From the NCBI GenBank assembly GCA_964304625.1, contig OZ199840.1:6978336-7042335 (forward strand): a stretch of 64,000 bases of DNA. The letters run 5' to 3'. The first letter of the stretch is position 1. Each line of letters opens with the position of its first letter. The translations under genes were made by a program, and so were the position numbers. Below are positions 39,013 through 50,500 of this stretch, piece after piece. A model generated the notes under the pieces. It was not told the DNA's origin. It saw only the letters and a list, made by a program, of their open reading frames with translations, and did not search any database. The DNA is from Kudoa neothunni. Lineage: Eukaryota; Animalia; Cnidaria.

Positions 39013-41090
39013 CAGTGGGTGACGGCTAATTCGCACTTTTTTCATTGTCGCCAAAATAAATAAACCTGGAGCTTTTTATCATTATATATGAGTAGAATAA
39101 TTAATTATGACGATATACAACTTTAAAATGTTTGATCCTATTAAATATAAGAAAATTTTATGAGTTAAACCCATTGGTGGATAATTCGCACTAATTTCCT
39201 TGGAGCAGGGATGCAAAGCGCGCGCCGGTATCATTTAATACAGAAATATGGGTGAACAAAGAAAGCATAAATGGGTGACACTTACCGAAAAATATAATAT
39301 TATTAAATATTTCGAAATTCAGCCTCCAAAAAATGCTAAAAGTCACACAGTGAAACACTCTGGTTTATCCTCTATTTCAACTTTGAATGGAATATTATTG
39401 AAAAAAGAGGAAATAAAAAGCTCCGTTGAGACCGGAGTAGTCAAGAAAAATCGTAAAACCTTGAAAAAGGATTCAAATGATGAAATTGATCAACAAGTTT
39501 TTGAGTGGTTAATATGGATGAGGTCTAAAAAATTGGAAATTTCGTCGTTAAAAATTATTTCGAAACGAAATGAATTTGCAGAAAACATTAATAAAGAAGC
39601 GGAAGATATGAGCTATGGTTGGTTTCGTGGATTCAAAGATAGATTTAATTTACGACGACTAAATTTTCATGGTGAGGCAAACATGGTAAACATGGAAACT
39701 GTCGATGATTGGAAACTTCAATTAAAAAATATATTGAAAAATTATAAAGCTGAACAAGTGTACAACCTTGATGAAACAGCTCTATTCTATCAGCAACATT
39801 CCAGTAAGATATATAAGATATACAAAAACGACAAAAAACATCATTAATTTGTTACATGTCGTTAAAAAAATAATTATATCAACATTTAATTTATGTCAAT
39901 CATCAACAAATTCCCATTAGAATTTTTTAAGAACTATTTTACAATACATTATATTCACTCGAACGTATTTATGGTAACCTAATTTAGGAAGAAGTTATGT
40001 TCTATCTACTGAGGTAAATGCAAAATGCTCAAAGCGATCAAAAAAAGAGTCACGCTTTTATTGGGAGCATCATTATTAGGCGAAAAATTGGAACCATTAG
40101 TGGTTGGTCATCATGAAAAACCAAGGTGTTTTAAAAATTTGAAAGATACTCCAGTTCCTTACTTCTCCAATAAGAAAGCATGGATGACCTCGGAGATATT
40201 TAAGAAATATTTAGTTAAATTAAATGCTAATTTCAAAGAGCAGAACAAAAAAATTGTGCTATTTCTTGATAATGCGAGTTGCCATTCACCATTACAATCA
40301 TCAAATATTGAATTATTATTTTTCCCTAAAAACACAACTAGTGTTTTGCAACCTATGGATCAAGGGATTATCAATTCATTTAAAGCTGTTTATAGAAGAT
40401 ATCTAATAAATAGATCTACATTTTTAGTTGAGAATGATGTTGAACTTAAACCAATTGATTTATTAGAGGCGTTGGTACTTGTAAAAAAATCGTGGGAGGA
40501 CGTAACGATCCAAACAATATCCAATTGTTTCAAGAAAGCTGGACTTAGATTCGATGGTAACGAAGATCCTTATTACTATTTTATACAAACTTAATAATTA
40601 TACATAGACGAACCTGTAAACCATGAAGTTTTGGATGAAATCGATGACCCAGAGATAATACAATGCCAAGATGAAGAAGAACTCGTTCAAGTCTGGGAAT
40701 TTGAGGACAACCATGGAAACAATGCTGTAACCATGGATGTAGAAGAATTATCTGATTGTGAACCTGAAGCATACAAAGAAGTGTCATATACCACGAAAGA
40801 AGCGCTGAAATGCTTTGAATATTTAAAGGGATACTTCATTAAGAATGGATCAAATATGTTGGATTATCTTCACAAACTAGAAGAGGAAATGCTTCTAATC
40901 TCAAAAAAGGATTTAAGCCAACGAAAACAACAAATTTTATTTTAAAAAAGTAGGATAATATCACATTTCTTAAAAATCGACCCAATCTTTTGCGCATGCG
41001 CCGAATAAAAGTGCGAATTAGCCAGCAATGATGTTTAATTCGCACTTTTCTCTGGTCCCAAAGGGATTACGAATCAGCCGTCACCCACTG
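39013..41090 (+). mobile_element. Tigger/pogo element with TA TSD
   Basis: TA|CAGTGGGTGACGGCTAATTCG ... CGAATCAGCCGTCACCCACTG|TA. Confidence 0.95.
39248..40945 (+). pseudogene. Tigger transposase (CENP-B HTH + DDE_1) with two introns; near-intact
   Basis: GWFRGFKDR, YNLDETALF, intron 39804-39987, KAWMTSEIF, LDNASCH, QPMDQGII, intron 40557-40607, acidic tail. A7 at ~40040 is one base short for the frame. Confidence 0.88.
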
Positions 41091-41879
41091 TATTAGCAAC
41101 GTGGGTATTTTCGCTCTTACGAGTCATCGAAGAGCAATCAAAATCTTCATCTATTGACGAATCCACCATTTTTACATGATCTTCATAATATGAAATATCT
41201 GACGACTCTTCAAATTCAACATCACTGTCTATTTCACTGTTTTCGACAGAATCATTTAACAAATCGCGTGCGTTTAAACTAAGTTTGTTAATCCTCAACT
41301 AATCCACATAATGTCGTTATTTATCTATAACTATTGTAAATGATAGAGCAAAATATTGAAGTTTAGGACGAATTTGTGAAACTTGCGTTAAAATGAAGTC
41401 ATAATTTTATAGAATTTTCGTATAAATATTTAGTTTTTGAATATAAATTCAAAGAAGGACACATTATCTTGGAATTAATAAAATCTTGAGAAATATGAAG
41501 ATAAAATCAGCTGGAAAACATTAAAATACAAAAATATTTCCAAAAATTCTGCATCATATATTAGTAATGGGAGGTATTTTGTAACTTTACATCAGTCCTA
41601 ATCGCCAGAAATAAAATTCAAGATTTTTACAATAAAATAATGTACGTAAAAAAACAAAACGTTAAATCCCGCTCGCAAGTTTTAAGGATAAAATAATACA
41701 AAAACCTTTTTCTTAAGAGAAACTAACCATAATTTAATATTGGTTATATCATTATTTGGTTGTTGTCCACTCACGCCAATAAAAAATTTCATCGAATGAT
41801 ATAGACTCATAATTTTGATAATAACCGCTAATTCAATTCGATCCTTAAATGTATCGAGCACGTGAATAATTGAGTAATA

Positions 41880-42612
41880 ATGAAACAAACTGTCGTTTAC
41901 GGATAACTCTTCCATGAACGAAACCTAGACTTTCTAACCTATTGTACCCAGCCCAACCGTCAGTCCATATTGTAGAACCTTCTTCTACGCTATCAACTAT
42001 TATGTTCTCAAGAACATTCTGACTCCTGTAGCGGGATATTTTTAAAAAACATTCACCATTTTCGTCTATTCCTCCAATTAACCAGAACTGTTGGTTCTTT
42101 AAAATTCTCCCCACGTTGTACTTTATTTTTGAGACGGCAGTCTGATCAATTTAAACTACAACGTTTTCGCCTCCAATTTTAGTGCATTCTTCATCCAATT
42201 TCGAAGCCATCAAATCTCTAATTACACTTTTCCATTCTGCAATGGTAGAAAAGGATGCGATATCGACATGATGTCGTATTTCTTCATAGGTGACGCTAGG
42301 ACTTTGGATAGTATAGAGGAGAAAGACAAAGCATTTCCACAATAGAAGCTTTGACAGTTCGAAAATACTGTATTTTCGAATTGAGCATCTCTTCCGGCAA
42401 AATTTACAATAAAACTGATGACCATCACCAATGTCCTTCCTTGCCACCATTTTCATTATCGAGCCACAAGAACATTTAAGATGGCTCCTCAAAAGTCCAG
42501 TATTGATCAGAGTTTCAATTGTATAATTTACGTCATCTCGAAAATGACCATAATCAAGTATTGTTATAGTATCTATATTCTCCAATGTGAATATTCTTTT
42601 AAAACTCGACAT
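41880..42612 (-). pseudogene. Merlin transposase (type B), 3'-truncated
   Basis: [53 protein letters not shown]. Truncated after RQFVS. Confidence 0.87.
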
Positions 42613-42761
42613 GGCGCAAATATTTTCCGAGAATTCGCACCCCTTTGCATACGATAAGGTGTAACTGACTTAAAATTTATCAAAAATTATTTTCAATTTT
42701 GATCGAATCTCGCACCATCTGAGACCAAAGTTAGCACCCCCAGTTGGAACCCCTGTTATAC

Positions 42762-44329
42762 CAGATGGCGACATCTCGTCATCTGTGCGCATGAGTCTTA
42801 CATAGAAAAGTACGAATATATAGTGTTTATATTTTTAAAATCTATTCTATTCAAAGTTACAGTTATATAATTTACTAATTGCTCTTAAATAGAACAAATC
42901 GTGATAAGACGGATAATTATCGCACATAGCTTTGGTTGAATCCATTTTTTCTTGCTGTTTCATAGGTTGGTTATTATTATTTGGATTTGTTAACTGAAAC
43001 TCGATATCTTGCCCAATTGAACTTTGCGCTTGCTTTAATTTGTCTATCAAACAATCAAGCCCAGCGTGTGATTGATCAAAGCGGTCGAAGAAATGTCGAT
43101 TTAAGCTTTCACAACTATTTGTTGTCAATGGAATATTTTTCATCACTCATTCAAACGAGTTCCAAAAAGTAGGAGGAAATTTTGAATTTTCTATATATGT
43201 TTCGGTGAAATATTTAAAAAATATTCCAATTTTTTCAGTATTGAAATTATTTGAATATTTTTTCAATTTTTCCAATTCTTTTTGGACGAAATTAGGAGGC
43301 AGAAATGATAACGATGTGACCATTTTGAATACGCATCGAAGCTCAATGTTCTTTTGTGCATCTTGTAATAAACCTATTTTTTGAATTTCCCTCCAAACTG
43401 CTTTCCCAAAATGGAAGGTACAAAATTGGATATTTATTGTTTTTTATGCTTTTTCAAAATCAATTATTAAATTATCAGGTAATTTAATATGTAGGGTTTC
43501 TTTCATTATGTTGATCATAAGGTTATAATCCTCTTCAGTTTTTCCAGGCATTAAAATAAATACTAATGGAAATACCCTATTAAAAATTATACCACAGATA
43601 ACATAGAGTTGATAGAACCCTTTGGGTACAACCTTAAACGTTCCATCGGAGAGCCAAATATTTGAATTGTTTAAGTGACTTATATTTTCCTCTGTAGAAA
43701 ATATTATCATTCTTTTTGTGCAAAGGGATCCATTATCGTAATAACAGAATTTTTTCCCTCTTAATGTAAATATTCCATTGTTTAACAAGTTGGTCTCATT
43801 TACAACCGAGGTGCTCATCCTTTTTCTCGTGCTTTGGATCAGTTTATAGACCGTTTTTTCGTTAAATATTGGGAGTTCCTCTATTGGTGCATTGGCTGTA
43901 AACATTGTTCGTAGAATATATCGTTTCTTCAGCAACAGTCCTTACTTCATTATTTAATAACATTTTTTTATGTGATTTTCATCAACAGTGTGATTATGCT
44001 CGTCAACGGTCACAATTCTATTAATATCCGGCAACAACAACAAAGTTTGCGACTTACCGCGACATTTTCTTTGCTGACACCTCCAAAATTGTGTATCATC
44101 ATTTGATGTTGTCGTGACGTAAAAATGTTGCTTATAAAGTATTTTGTAGTTATTTCGTATAGTTTTCAAAAGTATAAACTCCGCCATTATATCTTTGGTT
44201 ACTAATTGCGCATGCGACGTTTCGCGGAGTTACAACCAAAAATAATACTTAAAAAGTAAAATAATTATTTGATAAAAGCGCAATAACAAATGTATCGCGC
44301 ATGCGTTCAGCTGGCGAAAACTCCCCGTG
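42762..44329 (-). mobile_element. Mutator-like (MULE) element with 11-bp direct flanking repeat
   Basis: ccctgttatac at 42751-42761 and 44330-44340. Degenerate TIRs ggcgacatctcgtcatctgtgcgcatg vs ggggagttttcgccagctgaacgcatg. Confidence 0.7.
42847..44187 (-). pseudogene. MULE transposase (FLYWCH-type zinc finger + MULE DDE), disrupted
   Basis: FWRCQQRKCRG..EHNH, WLSDGTFKVVP..FYQLYVI, PLVFILM, IIDFEKA, CTFHF, TTNSCESLN. Confidence 0.9.
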
Positions 44330-44550
44330 CCCTGTTATACATAAACTGTTGCGCGTGTGCAGACGGCAATATTTGTTGGTTTCAACCGTGTTTCTATCGC
44401 GCGGCTTCAACCTATCACACAAATGAGATTTTTATCTGACAAAAGCTAACAAATTTATCTACGGCTACTCTCCAGCCATTATGTTATTTAAATATGCGCA
44501 TGCCTTTATAATTTATTCAGCTTTTTCACTGGTATTAGGGACCCTTTACA

Positions 44551-47500
44551 ATGGTGATTATTGTCAGTCCTTTTCGTAGCCGTCAATTGAAATCCTTGAT
44601 TATTTTTATGATTCTCGCAATTATTATGATATATGTTGTGATATTGTATACGAAGACAAATGAGTACCAAGCAAATAGGAAAAACTTTATAACATCAGAC
44701 TTAACGCGATGGAGTGATTATCTGGTTACATTCGCCAAAGCTGGATCTTATGGGGAAGGTGGCAAACCAGCTCATGATTTTTCTCGTGAGAAATATCCTA
44801 GAGAAGTCAATGAGGCCTACAAAACTTATGGTTTTAATCAATTTCTAAGTGATCAAATATCAACGAACAGAACATTGCCTGACGTTAGATTTGATTCGTA
44901 AGCAATTAAATTTATTGACAGATATAATTATTATTAATCTAGTTGCAAAAAAATCAAATACGCTGACAAACTTCCTACTGTTAGTGTGATTATTGTATTT
45001 TATGACGAAGGAAGAAGTACATTGTATAGGACCGTTTATTCGGTATTGAATAGATCACCGCCGGAATTGATACACGAAATTATTCTTGTTGATGATCACA
45101 GTACACTCGGTAATTGATTTTTTATAATAGTTTAGTAACAATATGTATGAGTTCATGTTGGTTGTAAGAAATTTGACTTAATAAGTTATATAATAAAATA
45201 AGTTGATAGTCGTTGATAAGAGATAAACAAACTTTGCACTTAAGTCTGTCTCAGTATCATTTTTTGTATAAAATCCAACAATGCAGAAATTAAAGTGTGA
45301 TCGCTCTTTTAATTTGGCGCATAATGCATAAAATTATTATTTCACAATATTTCCAAAATGTTCGTTACAATTATATTGGCACGTTTAACCTTACTTTGGC
45401 CTGGAATATATAGTTAAAAGGGTATGAAACAAGGGAGAAAAAATTATATCGTGTTTTATATGCCTAACATAAGCCATGAATTATTCATCTCATTTCAGTA
45501 TTAATCCAATTTAAAAATATTATCGAAACTTTATTTTGTCCGTACAAATCTAATCCCTATGCACATTGATGACTATAGTTAATTTTTTCGCCCCTTCAAA
45601 AACCTAGAGATGTGCTTGGAACAATTAACTATAGCGTATCGTAAGAAATCAACCGTACCTGTAATAAGTAAATAGGAGCAGCTATGAAGAATAAAAAATG
45701 GAATTTGTTCAGGCCTATCTTCTGGATTTATGACTTAAGTTGTGAAGCCCAATAATAACGGCGAACGTTTAGGGTCGGTAATCTTTTCAGGGAATTTTGA
45801 TGTAATTGAATTTTTAAAAAATTACGTAGATTAAGAAAATTAAATAGCCATTCATAAGGTTCAGAATATTTTAATTTGTATCAAAAATTAATTATTTTGG
45901 AAAGTAACGGGCGTTTATATTCATCATATGTAAACCTTATTACACAATAAATAACTGGCTTGACGAACTTTTTATATGCTATATAATTTTAAAATAGCAT
46001 TTTAATGGTCCAAAAATATTTTTGTAACGATAATTCAAAAGTTGTTAAATATATAAAGGTCGCGTGATTATTTTATTTCACATATTTTTTTCTATATACA
46101 TCATGTAGTTTTTGTTACTCCTTAGTTTAATATATAGTGAAACATCTAAAAATGGGTAAAATTATGAATAATATCAAATAAATACTTGTATAGTGTATCA
46201 TCTAAAGATGCGATTGTTTTAATAATAATTAATTTGTTATCTCTTTCTTAAGATAGAAGCAGATAACCAATATCGTTTAAATAAGTCTATCTCCTCATTT
46301 ATTATTCTTATTATTGATTTGAGTGATAACAATAATTGTAACAAGCAGTATGGTGTCTATGGTCGGTAAAAAAAGCGAGGCTCAAAAAATTCCCATTCAA
46401 ATTTGGCCGATAAACATTAGTATATGTAACAAACTTGTAATCACGTTTTAAAGTACACAGTAATAATAAAAACGCCATTCTTAATTCTCCAGATGGGTTT
46501 TCATTCAAGGTTTGCAAAAATATCAAACAATTTATATTGTTCTATATAATTTTGTCAACCACTTAATTATCAATTCTACTGACAATAATTATAAGAAATA
46601 AAAATAAACGTAAATCTTTCATTAAAAGTAACTACAACCGAACCATTTTTATCCGAAAATGTTGGTACCCGGCATTTTCCTTGCGGATACTAAAATTTCA
46701 GTTTAACAAAGTTCAATGGGTGCGCATATGCGTTGGGGAAAATTGTAGGTTGGTTACATACTTTATTCTTCATTATTCAATGTTTATTTGGCTAATTTAC
46801 CGTCTACGTGCCCAGCGTTCGGCAAAGAATACAAAATATCGTGAAACACCGTAAAATTTTAAGAGTTATAATTCGCTAATAAAAACTTAAATAAAATGCT
46901 AATTTCTTTTCCCTTATATTTTCTTCTATATAAGAAATCAGATATGTAGCTTGGGATCGTATCTGGATGTTTATTCGTTATGGAACGGTATTTTTTTGAA
47001 TGCCCCCGTGTTGACTCAATCTTACTTGTGTAGACTCCTTGAAGCGAAACAAAGTTGTTCTTGTGAACGACAATGCCATGAACGAAACCTAAATATTCAA
47101 GTCTGTTGTATCCGCACCAACCGTCAGTCCATATGGTAGATCCGGCTTCAACATTATTTAATATAATGTCTTCAAGAACTTGGCGGTTTCGATATCGTGA
47201 AAGTTTAAGAAAACAGTTGTTATTTTCACCAATCCCTCCGATCATCCAAAATTGTTGATTTTTCAGGATTCGGCCAACATCATATTTTCTTGTATATATA
47301 TATATGGTGGTTTCGTCTATTTGAACAACAACACTGTTCCCGCCAATTTTGGAAAATTCTTCATTTAACTTTAAAAACATGATGTCCTTAACTATTGTTT
47401 TCCATTCGAAAATCGAAGAATATGAAGAAACGTCCAAATGTCTCGCTAAATCTTCATAAGTCATGGTTGGATGTTGAAAAGTTATAACTATCAACAGAAA

Positions 47501-50500
47501 TAACTTCCATAATGGGAATTTTGAGAGTTCGAAAGTTGTTCCGTTTCTTATAGATATCCCTTTTTCGCATTGGTTGCATTTTAACTGATATTTGTCACTT
47601 ATATCACCGCGAGATATCAATTTTAATTTCCCTCCGCAATTACATGATCGATTTAGATTTATATAACCTAAATTTTCGAAAACATTAATTGCATATTGTT
47701 GGTTATTACGAAAATACCCGTAATCTAAAATTGTGATTCTATCAATTGTTTCAAAACCAAAATTTTGCATTTTTCGGAATAATCAACGCGCGTGTACCGG
47801 ATGAAGACGAAAAATTACGAACGTTGGACACGTATACTGTAAATTAGCCGCTTTTATTGCATAAACATAACCAAAAAATATTATTAAGCGATAAAAAAAT
47901 TATAATGAATTTTTATCGAATGAAGTTTCAGAGAAACTACATTTCACAAAACCATTAATCTTATCTAATCTGGCTCGGTTGGCTTAAACAGCGTTTCGTA
48001 AACATTCGGCGGTAACATAAACAAGTCTAATAACGCAAAATAATAAAAACAATAAACATTATATTTTTGTATAAAACTGGTATTATTTTCAACAAAACTT
48101 ACATCTTTTTGATGAATGGTCTCGACAGAAAAAGCTACCACTGCTAACACAGCGGGTGTTAGTTTTTTTATCAGTCTGTCGAGGACAAAATTCGCATCGA
48201 CTCTTTCAAATTAGAATCTGCAGTGACTGGTTTAGTGGAGAGAGCTGATTGACTCCTTTGGTAATTTTCTTGTCAAGTGTATTTTTAGCAAGGAATGGTC
48301 GGCAAAGGACTTGGGCCATCTCTTTCATAAATTGACGTCGCATTTTTTTTGTTCAACAAAAATATATTTGAATAGCAAAAAAGCATTGGTTAAAGATAAG
48401 TCGGCCATCGTCGAGTAAATCTTCTAACTGAAACAGACGACAACATTCTATCAATGGTATCTACACCACCCTTTGTTCTGTTGTAGTGTAAGATAGTTAC
48501 TGGCTTATTTTTTCCCATTTCCTTCCTTGTCTGTATCGGTATTGTTGGTGCCAGTTGATAATATAATAACAGCCTTACCTTTTTTGTTTACGTATGATGT
48601 CAACATACTTTTTTTGAAGAACGCAAATGTGGTGCTGTACAATTCTCTTCGTCTGTTTGGAAGAACACAAGATCGCAGATCTCGTTTGTTGTGACGAATG
48701 GTTCCCAAATATATCAACTGTTTCGCCAGTAATTTTGTTGTTAACCCCAGAGAAATGAAAAAATTGTCTGCAACAACCGTTCTTCCAGAATAGTGAAATG
48801 GGGTGTCAGAAAGTACAATGTTTTCATCCACGTTTAAGGTTCGACAAGCTTCACTTCCGTTTTTTCCAAGATACGGAGAGACGTTAAGAACATATTTATC
48901 CTTTGGGTCCGCCAACAGAAAGAAATTTAAACCATATTTGGCTGGTTTTAATGGCACTAACTGCTCATCTACAGTTATGTCCTCATTAGGAGAGAAACAC
49001 AACGGCAAAATGTCAATCCACATATTCCATACACTACGGATGGCACAGAATTTATCAGTCGCCTTTCTTTGAACCCTAATATTTGCATCATCAAAATGGA
49101 GAGATCTCGTTATTTGTCTGAAGCGGTTATAAGAAAAAAGTTGACGATATAATTCTTTTCCTTCGGAAAGACTAAACAGCTCGACTAAAGGCCCCTCTCG
49201 ATCTTTATGAACAGCTATCAAAGCGAGTGTTCCCAAATATGCCTTAAACACATCATCTAGATCATTCCAAGAATCTCTGAAAGCGACTTCTTCCAAATTC
49301 ATTTGTATATTTTATTATTTCACCACAAATATTATTTGTAAAAAATATTGTGAAACAATCTTCAATATTTTTGATTCTTTGAATTGAATATGCCGTTGGA
49401 CCTGGTCAAGAAGAAAGTGTATTTTCAAGTCAAACTGTCGATGAAAGGGGCTTTTTCAAAGTCCACACCGTTCCATTTTTGTCTACCGTAGCATCTGTAG
49501 GACACTCGTCATCTGACATTCCTTTCGTATTGTCGGATACCTCACACAAAAAATCATCTAATTCACTAATAGACGATTCGATCTCATCGATATATTCGCC
49601 CAAGCTACTAATCACGCTTCAAAAAATATAACTCACTCGCGCATCGAAATAACCATATGGAATGATATAGTTTTTTTGGTTAAGAATCATCAATGCTGAA
49701 GGAAGTAAAATTTAAATAAGGACATCATCTCAATATAAAAATATCGTTTAGTTTTAAACCTACCAGTAATGCAGGGTTCATGTGTATTAAAAATGTATTT
49801 CCTAAAACTTCATCGATTCGATATTAAGAAAATAATAAACAATTTCGAAATATAATTTATTGTTATAAAATGATTTAGGAAACGTAAGTCAACAGTTTGT
49901 AAGCATTTTATGATTTTTAAAGTCATAAACAATCAAAAACGAACGCCAAACAGCATATTTATGTTGAATTTTGTTAACGATTGTATACAAAAGTACTGGC
50001 GGGTTTCCCGAAGGGATTAAAGGGGATTAATTTACACATTAAATTGTTATTTTTCACCAAGTTTCATCGATAGAAACTTCTGCATTTTTATATTACTTAT
50101 TTTTATATTTTGTTAAAAACGAAACAAAAAAATGGGGTCTTTTAGACCCCAAGTTCGTTAGAAGGCTAATAATGATGGTAAGAATAATAAAATAACCATG
50201 AGGCGTATTTCCCCAGAATTCTCCATAACGATATTTAGAATTTCCTCTTTAATTAAAATATGTCATATTCCAACAATTTAATATTGATTAATTATTGTTA
50301 AGACTCAATAAGGCTTAAAGTGAAGGTGTTATAGGAAAAAACTGATGTGTGAACATTGTTGAATTGGGTCAATTCCGTGAATAAATTGACCCTATGAAGT
50401 CACTGCTAGTTTGTGATTAAACAGTCCAATAGATTCCATTTTTATATTTATTACTTATGAAAGATATAAGGGAATTTGTCTTTACCCAACATTTATTCGT

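Larger units (their letters stand above)
38612..41320 (-). mobile_element. piggyBac-derived remnant split by the Tigger insertion
   Basis: TTAA|CCTTTACGGG.. with a tggggtcatttttgacccca palindrome at ~38655. An acidic piggyBac-like N-terminal ORF (41298-41093) abuts the Tigger and appears to continue at ~39010. Confidence 0.45.

Noticed and set aside
17280-47770. IS1595-like transposases as evidence of bacterial DNA or contamination
   Set aside because: They carry spliceosomal introns and are interleaved with intron-containing animal genes, so they are eukaryotic Merlins.
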